Shown here: in pieces, positions 1 through 9,856 of the stretch
Numbering within the stretch: the first letter of the stretch is position 1
Layout of the letters: every line of letters begins with the position of its first letter
Program-made: the position numbers and the translations under genes
Origin: Candidatus Fimenecus sp.
GTDB taxonomy: Bacteria; Bacillota; Clostridia; Oscillospirales; Acutalibacteraceae
Direction of reading: 5' to 3'
Assembly: GCA_045531435.1 (NCBI GenBank)
Contig: JAZSDZ010000146.1
Span: 10,156-74,155, forward strand
Length of the DNA stretch: 64,000 nt
Notes under the pieces: model-generated
Seen by the model: only the letters and a program-made list of their open reading frames with translations
The model's database searches: none
Told to the model about the DNA's origin: nothing

Positions 1-570
1 CCAAAAAATAATTCCCGCAATCAATGCAACAATTCCCACAAGTAAAACAATTATTGTGACAATTAATTCAGGAAGTACAGAACGTGCCTCTTCCATCATC
101 ACGGAATACAAAGAACCAATCATAAATATAGGGAAATCCGATTCATAATTCTCATAAATTGGAGCAATAACAACCTTACAGTTCTTACCAACATCAGTAT
201 GACAAAGGTGAATGTCATTCCACACACCACCTGTTGTTTTAATATTAGTAGTACTCTCTAAAGGCTTTACAGAATAAATCAGTTCATTACCTATATAAAC
301 TTCAACAATACTATGAGAATTATAAAAAATAAGACTTGTATCGTGTTTAATCTCAGGTAATTTAACTATATATTCCGTTGCTTTACCTAAAGGTGCATCT
401 GGTCTCTCTACTTCTTTAAAAGAAATACATTCAGCAACAGAATAAGAATCAATGTTTCTTATATCATTTATTTGAAGAGTGTTTCTTGTACTTAAAAATA
501 TAAGAAAACCTAAAATCAAAATCAACAATATTGAATATATAATCGCTTTTGAATATTTAAAAATTTTCAT
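1..570 (-). CDS. membrane protein, N-terminal 190 codons (TM, ~150-aa extracytoplasmic segment, second TM; sensor-like); gene continues past the left edge
   Basis: ATG at 568-570 (minus) preceded by GGAGG. I checked the frame by hand and found no stop down to position 1. It is absent from the ORF track because no stop lies in the window. N-terminus MKIFKYSKAIIYSILLILILGFLIFL is hydrophobic. Confidence 0.6.
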   Translation of the reverse strand, partial: MKIFKYSKAIIYSILLILILGFLIFLSTRNTLQINDIRNIDSYSVAECISFKEVERPDAPLGKATEYIVKLPEIKHDTSLIFYNSHSIVEVYIGNELIYSVKPLESTTNIKTTGGVWNDIHLCHTDVGKNCKVVIAPIYENYESDFPIFMIGSLYSVMMEEARSVLPELIVTIIVLLVGIVALIAGIIFW

Positions 571-673
571 AATTCCTCCAAGGTTACAACTTAATAAAAA
601 CAGTATAACATAAATTGCGTAACAAAAGCGTAACATTTTTTATATTGTTGAAAATTAATTGATATTTAACTAT

Positions 674-703
674 AAAAAACATCTCTCGGATTGACCGAGA
701 GAT
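674..703 (-). terminator. intrinsic terminator after the spoVM-like locus
   Basis: 9-bp stem ATCTCTCGG/CCGAGAGAT (681-689 / 695-703), 5-nt loop, followed on the minus strand by GTTTTTTAT. Confidence 0.6.
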
Positions 704-713
704 AGATGAAATA

Positions 714-798
714 TTATATTTCTGACTTTTTGATACCAAATATTTTCCTAAGTATTCCACCTAATAATTTTGGACTTTTCATTACAACAACTTTCATA
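714..798 (-). pseudogene. spoVM: spoVM-like 27-codon peptide gene split by a one-base (+1) frame disruption
   Basis: GGAGAG RBS 9 nt before ATG 796-798. Frame 1 reads MKVVVMEKSKIIRWNT-stop (TAG 748-750). The adjacent frame from 782 reads WKSPKLLGGILRKIFGIKKSEI-stop (TAA 714-716). Removing one C of the CC doublet at 780-781 gives MKVVVMKSPKLLGGILRKIFGIKKSEI, similar to B. subtilis SpoVM (MKFYTIKLPKFLGGIVRAMLGSFRKD, from memory). It sits next to thiN, as in B. subtilis. Confidence 0.45.
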
Positions 799-812
799 TA
801 ATTATTCTCTCC

Positions 813-959
813 TAACCTCTGCAAAGAGATATTCCACATAGAACAAGAGCAATTGCAAGAATTACAATTACTGCTTTGGCGGGAAGAATCAAAGAAATTA
901 GTAATCCTAATCCCAATGCTATAAATACAATACCTTTTGAACTTTTTCTTCTTCCCATA
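813..959 (-). CDS. small hydrophobic membrane protein (48 aa), unknown function
   Basis: Hand-translated as MGRRKSSKGIVFIALGLGLLISLILPAKAVIVILAIALVLCGISLCRG. GGAGG lies 8 nt upstream of the ATG at 957-959; TAG at 813-815. Too short for the ORF track. Confidence 0.5.
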
Positions 960-1014
960 AAAATACCTCCTTGCATATGTATTTACTACATTATACGCAA
1001 GGAGGTTTTATTTG

Positions 1015-1650
1015 TTACAACTGTGTTTCGATAATAACTAAAGTGCCTGATTCCACTGAAATTATACCAAAATCATCAATTATATCATTACTTGTACCTA
1101 AGGCACCATTGAATGGGTCGAGGGAATAATTTGATAATGGATAATGAAATCCTGTTAGGGTGACACCATTTGCAATATCACCATAAGCAAAAACAGAAAC
1201 CTGTTGATTATCCTTCTTTTTGATTTTTAATGAAGAGTTTGTAATACATCTGAAAATATGATTATTATCTAAAATTTCAAATTTAATACCCGATTTCGAA
1301 GCATTTGCCATCAACGAAATATTGGCATATGTATGTTCAAATCTTCCACCTGTACCACCAAACATTACAAAAGAATCAAAACCAAGTTTAATTGCTTCAA
1401 AATAAGCTGCAACACTATCTGTGACATCTTTTTCAATTGGAAGTTTGATTGTATTCTTTTCATAAAGAGCAGACTTTACTGAATCAAAATCGCCTATGAT
1501 AAGGTCAGGAGTAATATTAGCTTTTTTTGTAATATCATACCCACTATCAGCACAGATTATATAATCATCAGATGTAATATGATTATTCAAAATGTGTATG
1601 TCACAATCTCCACCACCAATTATAACACATCTGTTTTTTAAATTTCCCAT
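1015..1650 (-). CDS. thiN: thiamine diphosphokinase
   Basis: 211 aa with the TPK-like layout (VIIGGGD..., DFDS, C-terminal thiamine-binding domain); conserved position after rsgA. Confidence 0.8.
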   Translation of the reverse strand: MGNLKNRCVIIGGGDCDIHILNNHITSDDYIICADSGYDITKKANITPDLIIGDFDSVKSALYEKNTIKLPIEKDVTDSVAAYFEAIKLGFDSFVMFGGTGGRFEHTYANISLMANASKSGIKFEILDNNHIFRCITNSSLKIKKKDNQQVSVFAYGDIANGVTLTGFHYPLSNYSLDPFNGALGTSNDIIDDFGIISVESGTLVIIETQL

Positions 1651-2513
1651 TCTTTTATTTCCTTTGCCTGATTATACATCTGAATATAATTATTGTGTCT
1701 GATTTGATTAATCTCGCCATTTTTTACTGCTTCACATATTTTACAGCCTTTATCATTTACATGAGAACAAGAGGTAAACTTACATGTACCTAAGTATTCT
1801 CTGAATTCCCTGAAACAATATGGTAAATCATCTTTTTTAATAATCTCTGTTTTCTCAAATTCAAATGATGAAAATCCAGGTGTATCAATTACATATCCAT
1901 CACACACATTAAAAAGTTGAGCTTGTCTTGTTGTATGACGACCTCTGCCTAATTTATCACTTATTGCACCAGTTGATAAATTTAATGTGGAGTCAAGTTT
2001 ATTAAGCAATGTAGTTTTTCCTACGCCTGAATTTCCCGTAAAAGCACTAATTTTACCCTTCATAATTGCTTTGATTTTATTAATTGAATCATCAACATCA
2101 AGTGTAACAATTGTTATTCCTGATTTATCGTAAACATCATAAATTTCCTTATAAGATGACAAATCCGTTTTTGAAATAACAATATATGGTTCAATATTTT
2201 TAAATTCAGCAGTTGCAATCAATTTATCAATGACAAAAAAGTTAGGTTTAGGTTCAATTGTTGACACAACTATTATTAAATTGTCAATATTAGATACAGG
2301 AGGTCTGTTAAGAAAATTTTTTCTTTCTAAAATTGCATCAATTGTATTTTCAGCACTTTCATTAACAGTAATTTCAACTGTATCTCCAACAAGAGGTGTA
2401 ATCTTGTTTTTTCTAAATTTACCTCTTGCTTTACATTCATATGTTGCGTTGGCGACTTCAACATAGTAGAAGCCGCCAATTCCTTTTGTAATTATTCCTT
2501 TATATTTTTCCAT
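1638..2513 (-). CDS. rsgA: ribosome small-subunit-dependent GTPase A
   Basis: OB-fold N-terminus, circularly permuted GTPase with GNSGVGKTTLLN, C-terminal Cys cluster (CxFxxCxHxxxxxC). Confidence 0.9.
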   Translation of the reverse strand: MEKYKGIITKGIGGFYYVEVANATYECKARGKFRKNKITPLVGDTVEITVNESAENTIDAILERKNFLNRPPVSNIDNLIIVVSTIEPKPNFFVIDKLIATAEFKNIEPYIVISKTDLSSYKEIYDVYDKSGITIVTLDVDDSINKIKAIMKGKISAFTGNSGVGKTTLLNKLDSTLNLSTGAISDKLGRGRHTTRQAQLFNVCDGYVIDTPGFSSFEFEKTEIIKKDDLPYCFREFREYLGTCKFTSCSHVNDKGCKICEAVKNGEINQIRHNNYIQMYNQAKEIKEWEI

Positions 2514-2521
2514 ACAAATCC

Positions 2522-4660
2522 TTAAGTAGTAGATGGACCTTTACTTATAACTAATGTAATAGATTCATTTGTTGAATATTTTGTTACTCCATCAGCATTA
2601 GGTGTCTGTGAAATAACAACACCATATGGAACAGTTGAACTGTAATTAGGTATGGTTTCGATGTTATAAAAACCAGCTTTTCTTAATTTATCAATTGCAT
2701 CTTGTTCCTTAAGACCAACAACGTTATTCAACACAACTTTATTTTCGAAAGTAATTTCCTCAACCTGTGTTACAACTGCAGGTTCCTGAGTAAAGTCAAC
2801 TTTACCTTTTTGTACCGGAGATTCGTCAATTGTGATTGTATAACTATTATCAGCACCAGAACCGGTTAACGTAAATTGTTTTGTTGCACCATCAAGGAAA
2901 AGTTCTTCTGATGTATAGAATAAAACATTATTCAAATAAATCTTTAAAACGCCTGTCTTATTAACTGAAGGCAATGTGACATAAACATCCACACTCGACT
3001 CAGGTGGCTGACCATTACTGATTGAAAAATCAATTTTTGAACCAATTGGAACTTCAGTATCCTTTTCAACACTTTGTTCAACTACAACACCAGCTTCAAG
3101 TTCACTGTTAACTTCGGTTACTGTACCAACTTCAAGGTCAGCAGCTTTAAGAGTCTGTTCAGCCATTTCTCTTGTTGTTCCCTGAATATCAGGCATTTTA
3201 ACTGTTTCCTGTATATCTGTAGCAACATACAAGATAACCTCTGAACCAATTCTGATTGTTGAACCCACTTCAGGTGAAGTTCTTATAACACAACCAGGGG
3301 TTACATTATCAGAATATTCGGTAATAACTGTTGAAATAATACTACGAGAATTAAGATAATCCTTTGCCTTTTCTTCTGTCATACCAATGATGGATGAGTC
3401 AAGAAGAACACTGTTCTTTTGAGCAATAGTTAATGTTATAGTAGAACCTTTTTTGACCTTAGTGCTTGAAATAGGGTCCTGAGTGATAACAGTGCCATCT
3501 TCCAACGTTGAATTTTCTTCAACCTTAATTTCAAAATTAAAGACATCAGTATAAGTTTTAACATTTTCAATTTGAGTATAATAATTAAAACCTGTAAAAT
3601 TAGGAACTTCAATTTTCTGATTACTTGTTCCCATAAGAACAGCACCGATAATCAAGGCTAATACAATGATACCAGCAATTGCACCCATCATAACAGCGAC
3701 TGTCTTATTCATTGAGTTCTTTTCAACAACAACTTCATTTTGAACAGGCTGCTCTCTACGTGGCGTATTATTTGTTCTTACATATTTTGTAGGCTCTCTG
3801 TCAACAAAATAATTATAATCAAACTTAATGGATGGAGTTCTCTTGAAATCATTTATATCCATAAGCATTTCTGCTGCTGAACCATAACGATTACTTGGGT
3901 TCTTCTGCATAGCTCTCATAGTAATCTGTTCAAGACCTAATGGAATCGTTGAGATAATATCACGAGGAAGTTTTGGATCCTGCTGTAACTGCATAATAGC
4001 TACTGAAACCGCACTATCAGATTGGAATGGTAACTGTCCTGTAAGCATTTCATATAACACAACACCAACAGAATAAATATCTGCTTTATCATCAGTAACC
4101 TCACCCCTTGCCTGTTCAGGGCTGATATAGTGTACTGAACCAATTGCTTTATCGGATGTTGTATTTGAATCAACACGACTAAAACGTGCAATACCGAAAT
4201 CTGTAACTTTAATTGTTCCATCGTTAAGAAGTAAAATGTTCTGAGGTTTAATATCCTGATGAACAATACCTTTATCATGTGCATGTTGAAGAGCTGCCAA
4301 AATCTGTCCCATAAAATGAACTGCTTCTTTCCAATTAACAGCACCTTGTTGCTCTATATATTCTTTTAAAGTAATGCCATTAACATACTCCATAACAATA
4401 TACTGGATTCTATCACCAAAACTAACATTGTAAACACGAACAATATTTGGATGAGAAAGAACTGCAATTGCTTTTGATTCATTTTTAAATCTACGCTTGA
4501 ATTCATCGTTTGAAAGATATTCGTCCTTTAAAATTTTAATAGCAACAATTCTGTCATCAATGTTGTCATATGCTTTATATACAACAGCCATTCCACCAAC
4601 ACCGATTATTTCCTGAATCTCATATCTTCCGTCTATTCGTTTACCACAAAAATTATCCAT
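2522..4660 (-). CDS. prkC: Ser/Thr protein kinase with extracellular PASTA repeats
   Basis: Hanks kinase motifs (HQDIKPQN, DFG, SPEQ), one TM segment, then four PASTA-like repeats with an inserted ~85-aa beta-rich module. Confidence 0.9.
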   Translation of the reverse strand: MDNFCGKRIDGRYEIQEIIGVGGMAVVYKAYDNIDDRIVAIKILKDEYLSNDEFKRRFKNESKAIAVLSHPNIVRVYNVSFGDRIQYIVMEYVNGITLKEYIEQQGAVNWKEAVHFMGQILAALQHAHDKGIVHQDIKPQNILLLNDGTIKVTDFGIARFSRVDSNTTSDKAIGSVHYISPEQARGEVTDDKADIYSVGVVLYEMLTGQLPFQSDSAVSVAIMQLQQDPKLPRDIISTIPLGLEQITMRAMQKNPSNRYGSAAEMLMDINDFKRTPSIKFDYNYFVDREPTKYVRTNNTPRREQPVQNEVVVEKNSMNKTVAVMMGAIAGIIVLALIIGAVLMGTSNQKIEVPNFTGFNYYTQIENVKTYTDVFNFEIKVEENSTLEDGTVITQDPISSTKVKKGSTITLTIAQKNSVLLDSSIIGMTEEKAKDYLNSRSIISTVITEYSDNVTPGCVIRTSPEVGSTIRIGSEVILYVATDIQETVKMPDIQGTTREMAEQTLKAADLEVGTVTEVNSELEAGVVVEQSVEKDTEVPIGSKIDFSISNGQPPESSVDVYVTLPSVNKTGVLKIYLNNVLFYTSEELFLDGATKQFTLTGSGADNSYTITIDESPVQKGKVDFTQEPAVVTQVEEITFENKVVLNNVVGLKEQDAIDKLRKAGFYNIETIPNYSSTVPYGVVISQTPNADGVTKYSTNESITLVISKGPSTT

Positions 4661-4683
4661 TTAATATACTCCTTTCATCCGAA

Positions 4684-5421
4684 TTAATACGACATTGTAA
4701 CAACAGTAACATTATCTCCGCCACCGTTTTCAATTGCTCTTTTTACAAGTCGTTCTGCATATTCATAAAACTTATCATCTTTAGTCAATTCATTAATTTC
4801 ATCAGGTTCAACATAATTTGTAAGTCCGTCAGTACATAAAATAAGAACCTCATTTTCAGAAATATATTCCTGACAAAAATCAACGCGCACATCATCACTA
4901 ACACCTAACGCGCGAGTAATATAATTTTTTCTAGGGTCATCTTTTGCCTCATCGGCAGTCAATCTGCCACTGTCAACCATTTCCTGAACAAACGAATGGT
5001 CCTTTGTCAACTGTGTTAATTTATTATTAGATAATATATATGCTCTTGAATCGCCAACATGAGCTATATATACAGAACCTTCTACAATAATTGCAACAAC
5101 TACTGTTGTACCCATACCTGTCAAATCCGAGTCAGCCTGTCCCATATCATATACGCTTATGTTCGCAGCAACAATCGCTGATGTGAGCATATTTTTAATG
5201 GAAATGTCACTCATTCCCGGTCTATACGATGAAGAAATCCTTTTTGAAATAAGATTTACTGCAGTAGAACTTGCGTAATTACCACCTGCAGCACCACCCA
5301 TACCATCGCAAACAACAGCCCACGCAACAGAACCATTCAATTCACCTGCAGCATACGAATCCTGATTAGATTCACGAACTAACCCGATATCTGTTTTAGC
5401 AACAATTTTCAATATACTCAC
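4684..5421 (-). CDS. prpC: PP2C-family Ser/Thr phosphatase
   Basis: PP2C motifs (RESNQD, DGMGG, GDS, DGLT...GGGDN); start overlaps the rlmN stop. Confidence 0.9.
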   Translation of the reverse strand: MSILKIVAKTDIGLVRESNQDSYAAGELNGSVAWAVVCDGMGGAAGGNYASSTAVNLISKRISSSYRPGMSDISIKNMLTSAIVAANISVYDMGQADSDLTGMGTTVVVAIIVEGSVYIAHVGDSRAYILSNNKLTQLTKDHSFVQEMVDSGRLTADEAKDDPRKNYITRALGVSDDVRVDFCQEYISENEVLILCTDGLTNYVEPDEINELTKDDKFYEYAERLVKRAIENGGGDNVTVVTMSY

Positions 5422-6452
5422 CCACTTTTCTTTTTAGATGCTCTAAGCTGTCCGCAAGAAGCATTAATATCACTTCCAAGAGTTCTTCTGACAGTTGCAG
5501 TAATTCCTCTTGAAGATAAAATCTCAATAAATTTTTTCTGTCGTTCAACAGAACTTTTTTTATAATTGGTTTCACGAACATTATTGACAGGAATAAGATT
5601 AACATGACATAAAATATTCTTTAATCTGTTAGCCAATTCAATTGCACATTTGTCACTATCATTAACATCCTTAATCATAGCATACTCAAATGAAATTCTA
5701 CGACCTGTTGTGTCAGCATAATATTTACATGCTCTGAGTAATTCATCTGTATTATATACTTTATTTACAGGCATCGACTGATTACGGATGCTGTCATTTG
5801 GTGCGTGTAATGAAACAGATAAAGTAAGTCCTAACTTTTCTTTTGCTAAATCATATATTTTAGGCACAATTCCACATGTTGATAAGGAAATGTGTCTCAT
5901 ACTCATATTCTGACCCTTTTCATCAGTAATGAGATTTAACATTTTCAAAACGTTATCATAATTATCAAATGGCTCACCTGTACCCATAAGAACAAGATGA
6001 TTAATTTTTATTCCTAAATCTCTTTGTGCCGTATAAATTTCAGAGAGCATCTCACCGGTTGATAACTGTCGTACAAAACCACCAATTGCAGATGCACAGA
6101 ATGTACAACCCATCTTACATCCCACCTGAGTTGAAATACAAATAGAATAACCATATTTATACTTCATAACAACACTTTCAACATATTCATTATCAGAAAG
6201 AGTGAACAAATATTTTACTGTATCATCAATTTTTGAAACAAGTTTTGTATTTACAGTACAGTTATCAAAATAAAAATATTTACTTAATTCTGTACGCATG
6301 TCTTTTGAAATATTTGTCATTTCATCAAAAGATGAAACACACTTTTCATGTACCCATGAAAAAATCTGATTAATTCTGAATTTAGGAAATTTTAAAGCAA
6401 TTATCTCATTTGAAAGTTCATCATAACTCAGTGAACGAATATCTTTAAGCAT
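5418..6452 (-). CDS. rlmN: 23S rRNA/tRNA (adenine-C2)-methyltransferase, radical SAM
   Basis: CKMGCTFC radical-SAM cluster motif, typical RlmN length and C-terminal GQL motif. Confidence 0.9.
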   Translation of the reverse strand: MLKDIRSLSYDELSNEIIALKFPKFRINQIFSWVHEKCVSSFDEMTNISKDMRTELSKYFYFDNCTVNTKLVSKIDDTVKYLFTLSDNEYVESVVMKYKYGYSICISTQVGCKMGCTFCASAIGGFVRQLSTGEMLSEIYTAQRDLGIKINHLVLMGTGEPFDNYDNVLKMLNLITDEKGQNMSMRHISLSTCGIVPKIYDLAKEKLGLTLSVSLHAPNDSIRNQSMPVNKVYNTDELLRACKYYADTTGRRISFEYAMIKDVNDSDKCAIELANRLKNILCHVNLIPVNNVRETNYKKSSVERQKKFIEILSSRGITATVRRTLGSDINASCGQLRASKKKSG

Positions 6453-6457
6453 TTGTT

Positions 6458-7723
6458 TTATTCCTTAATAAGTTTTGCATAGAAAAAACCATCTGAATTA
6501 TGACAAGGCTCAACTGTGACCATTCCACCATTTTTGAAATCTTTATGTTCCTTTAAAAACCTTTCACAAACATTTTGATTTTCTCTTTTACTTAATGAAC
6601 AAGTAGAATACATTATAGTTCCCTTGTCCTTTAAATATAACGACGCATTATTTAAAATATTATATTGCAATTCACATAATTTGTCAACAAAACTGAAATC
6701 CTTATATTTAATTTCCGGTTTTCGTCTTATGACACCAAGACCTGCACAAGGTACATCGCAAAGAATCATATCTGCCTTTGGCAAATCAGGATTATACACG
6801 GAGGCATCACCTATCCTGGCATTAATTATGTTAATTCCAAGTCGTTTTGCTCCTTCGTCAATTAACTTGATTTTATGGTCATATAAATCAAAGGAATAAA
6901 TCTGTCCATCATTTTCCATAATTTCTGCTATTGTAAATGATTTTCCACCAGGTGCTGCACACATATCAAATATAACACTACCCTTTTCAGGTGAAAACTG
7001 AGTAATACACTGTTGGGAAGCTAAATCTTGTGCATGAAAAAATCCGTTTTCGTAACAACGAGATTTAAATATTGATTGACCACTTATAATTTCAAGGGAA
7101 TAATCATTGTTATCGCATCTTTTTGCAACAATATTTTCTTCAGATAATTTGTTAATCAAATTGTCAGCTGTTATTTTCAATGTGTTTACTCTGATAAACA
7201 AAGGAACAGAACCAACTGATGAAGCTAAAATCTTTTCAGTATATGTAAATCCATAATCATCAACAAATTGAGATACAAGATTTTCAGGACAAGAAAAAGC
7301 GATGCTTAAATCATAAATTTTATTATCAGTTTCAGGAAGTTTAATATCATTTAACGATATTTTTCTTAAAACTGAATTGATAAGTCCTGATGCAAAATTA
7401 CATTTCGCTTTTTTTGACAGTTTAACACTCTCATTAACAGCAGCAGAAACAGGAATTTTATCCATAAACTTTAATTGATAAGTTCCTATTCTCAATATAG
7501 TCAGTACTTGTGGATTTAACTTCTTTATAGATTGTGTTAGAAATTGAGACAAATAATAATCAAGTGTAATTTTACGTTCTAAAACACCATAAACCAAAGC
7601 ACATACAAAAGCAGACGATGTTGCTTCGTATTTGGTAAGAAGTGAATCAAGAGCAATATTAGAATATGCCTTGTCGTGTTCTATTTTACAGAGAATTTTA
7701 AAAGCTAATAATCTATCATCCAT
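6458..7723 (-). CDS. rsmB: 16S rRNA (cytosine-C5)-methyltransferase
   Basis: NusB-like N-terminus, DMCAAPGGKS SAM motif, DVPCAGLG and TCS catalytic Cys motifs. Confidence 0.85.
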   Translation of the reverse strand: MDDRLLAFKILCKIEHDKAYSNIALDSLLTKYEATSSAFVCALVYGVLERKITLDYYLSQFLTQSIKKLNPQVLTILRIGTYQLKFMDKIPVSAAVNESVKLSKKAKCNFASGLINSVLRKISLNDIKLPETDNKIYDLSIAFSCPENLVSQFVDDYGFTYTEKILASSVGSVPLFIRVNTLKITADNLINKLSEENIVAKRCDNNDYSLEIISGQSIFKSRCYENGFFHAQDLASQQCITQFSPEKGSVIFDMCAAPGGKSFTIAEIMENDGQIYSFDLYDHKIKLIDEGAKRLGINIINARIGDASVYNPDLPKADMILCDVPCAGLGVIRRKPEIKYKDFSFVDKLCELQYNILNNASLYLKDKGTIMYSTCSLSKRENQNVCERFLKEHKDFKNGGMVTVEPCHNSDGFFYAKLIKE

Positions 7724-7726
7724 AAT

Positions 7727-8431
7727 TCAACGTCTTCTTTTATTCATAGATAAAATAAGTCTTAAAAGATTTGCAACACTTACTGCAAGTGAAGCCACAT
7801 ATGTCATAGCTGCAGCAGAAAGCACACTCTTAGCTCCTTTTTTTTCATTTTCATCTAAAATATCTACTTCACTTATTACATTTAACGCTCTCTTACTTGC
7901 ATTGAATTCAACAGGTAAAGTTACAAGCTGAAATAATACTGCAAATGAGAAAAATATAATACCTGCAACTGCTAAAGGTTCAAAACTAAGAACTAATCCA
8001 AGAACAGCAAGAGGAATTCCTGCTTTTGAACCAATATTAGCCAAAGGAAGAATTGTGTTCCTGATTTTTATTGGTAAATATCCCTGCGCATATTGAGCAG
8101 CATGACCGGCTTCATGACAGGCAACACCAATTGCAGCTACTGATGTTGAATTATATACATTATCAGATAATCTTATAATATTTGATTTAGGGTCAAAATG
8201 GTCGGTAAGGTTACCTGAAACTCGTTCAATTCTTATATTTGTGATTCCATAATGTCTTAATATTTCAAAAGCTGCCTGTGCACCAGTAATTCTTTTACCT
8301 GACATTACTTGAGAATATTTTTTAAATGAAGAATTGACACGAGCAGATGCAATAAAAGAAAGAATTAACATAGGTAAAACTAAAACCACATAGTAGTAAT
8401 TTGACATATAATGATATGAAAATCCATTCAT
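7727..8431 (-). CDS. membrane zinc metallopeptidase (YugP-like)
   Basis: HEAGHA (HExxH) motif flanked by TM segments. Confidence 0.7.
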   Translation of the reverse strand: MNGFSYHYMSNYYYVVLVLPMLILSFIASARVNSSFKKYSQVMSGKRITGAQAAFEILRHYGITNIRIERVSGNLTDHFDPKSNIIRLSDNVYNSTSVAAIGVACHEAGHAAQYAQGYLPIKIRNTILPLANIGSKAGIPLAVLGLVLSFEPLAVAGIIFFSFAVLFQLVTLPVEFNASKRALNVISEVDILDENEKKGAKSVLSAAAMTYVASLAVSVANLLRLILSMNKRRR

Positions 8432-8433
8432 AA

Positions 8434-9366
8434 TTATCCTCCTAAAATTGTACCTTTCTCTATTCTATGTCCTCTTAAGAAACTTGCAGCGTCAGTTTTT
8501 CTTTTACCTTCTGCCTGAATTTCAAGAATTTCAACACAGTTACCATCGCCACACATAACAATCAGTCTGTTATTATTATCAACAATTTCTCCATTATTCC
8601 CTTCAAATTTTTCTGAAATTTTCTGGGATTTATGGATTTTATATGTTTTGCCATCAATTTTAGTGATAGCAACAGGCCAAGGATATAATCCACGAATATG
8701 ATTATGAACATCCTGTGCAGATTTTGAAAAATCTATAGGACTTAATTCTTTTGAAAGCATTGATGCATATGTTGCTTGTGATTCGTCTTGTTCAACCGGA
8801 TTTAATATACCCTTATCAACAGAATCGATTGTTTCTATTAATACTTCTGCGCCCATTCCTGAAAGTATGTCAAAAAGCTCACCTGCATTCATATTCTCGG
8901 GAATAAGAAATTCTTTTTTTGTTAAAATGTCACCTGTATCAATACCAACATCCATTTGCTGTGCAGTAACACCTGTAACAGAATCACCATTTATAATACT
9001 CCATTGAATTGGTGCTGCACCACGAAGATGGGGAAGCAAAGAAGCATGAATATTTATACATCCATATTTAACACTATCAAGTATTTCTTTAGGCAGGATT
9101 TTTCCAAATGCTACAACAACAATTAAATCTGCATTTAATGAATTAATAATTTCGAGTGCAGTACCATCACGCATAGATGTAGGTTGAAATACAGGTAAAT
9201 TATTTTCAATTGCACAAACCTTAACGGGTGGTGGAGTTAATTCATATCCTCTACCCTTTGGTTTATCCGGTTGTGTAAAAACACCAACAACCTGATTTTC
9301 ACTATTAACAAGTGCTTTTAAACAAGGAACAGCAAAATCAGGTGTTCCCATAAAAATAATACGCAT
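8434..9366 (-). CDS. fmt: methionyl-tRNA formyltransferase
   Basis: MRIIFMGTPDFAV N-terminus, HASLLPHLRGAAPIQ motif. Confidence 0.9.
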   Translation of the reverse strand: MRIIFMGTPDFAVPCLKALVNSENQVVGVFTQPDKPKGRGYELTPPPVKVCAIENNLPVFQPTSMRDGTALEIINSLNADLIVVVAFGKILPKEILDSVKYGCINIHASLLPHLRGAAPIQWSIINGDSVTGVTAQQMDVGIDTGDILTKKEFLIPENMNAGELFDILSGMGAEVLIETIDSVDKGILNPVEQDESQATYASMLSKELSPIDFSKSAQDVHNHIRGLYPWPVAITKIDGKTYKIHKSQKISEKFEGNNGEIVDNNNRLIVMCGDGNCVEILEIQAEGKRKTDAASFLRGHRIEKGTILGG

Positions 9367-9374
9367 TATTCAAA

Positions 9375-9845
9375 TCATCCCTTACAGTATTTATTAATTT
9401 GTTCCTGAGTTGCAAGTTTATCAACATATAAAATGCCATCAAGATGGTCAATTTCATGACAAAAAGCCTTAGCTCTCAATTCAGTGCCCTTATAAACACA
9501 CCAAGCACCATTTCGATTTTGTGCTTTTACCTTAACTGTCATTGGTCTGATTGTTGTTCCTTGCTTGCCCGGAAGTGACAAACAACCTTCAGCACCGCAT
9601 TGAAAATCTTCAGTTTCAATTATTTCAGGATTGATAAGTTCAATCAAACCATCACCAACATCAATAACAACAACTCTTTTTAAGATTCCAACCTGAACTG
9701 CAGCAAGTCCGACACCCTCTGCTTTATACATTGTATCCTTCATATCGTCAAGAAGCTGCCATAAACGTTCGTCAAAGAATTCAACTTTACGGCTAATTTT
9801 TCTTAAAATAGGGTCTTCCTCTGTTCTTATATTTCTAATAGCCAT
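9375..9845 (-). CDS. def: peptide deformylase
   Basis: [13 protein letters not shown] and HEIDH motifs. Start moved to the ATG at 9845 (GGAGA RBS); the track start at 9860 is a GTG inside the priA end. Confidence 0.9.
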   Translation of the reverse strand: MAIRNIRTEEDPILRKISRKVEFFDERLWQLLDDMKDTMYKAEGVGLAAVQVGILKRVVVIDVGDGLIELINPEIIETEDFQCGAEGCLSLPGKQGTTIRPMTVKVKAQNRNGAWCVYKGTELRAKAFCHEIDHLDGILYVDKLATQEQINKYCKG

Positions 9846-9856
9846 TTTAAATCTCC

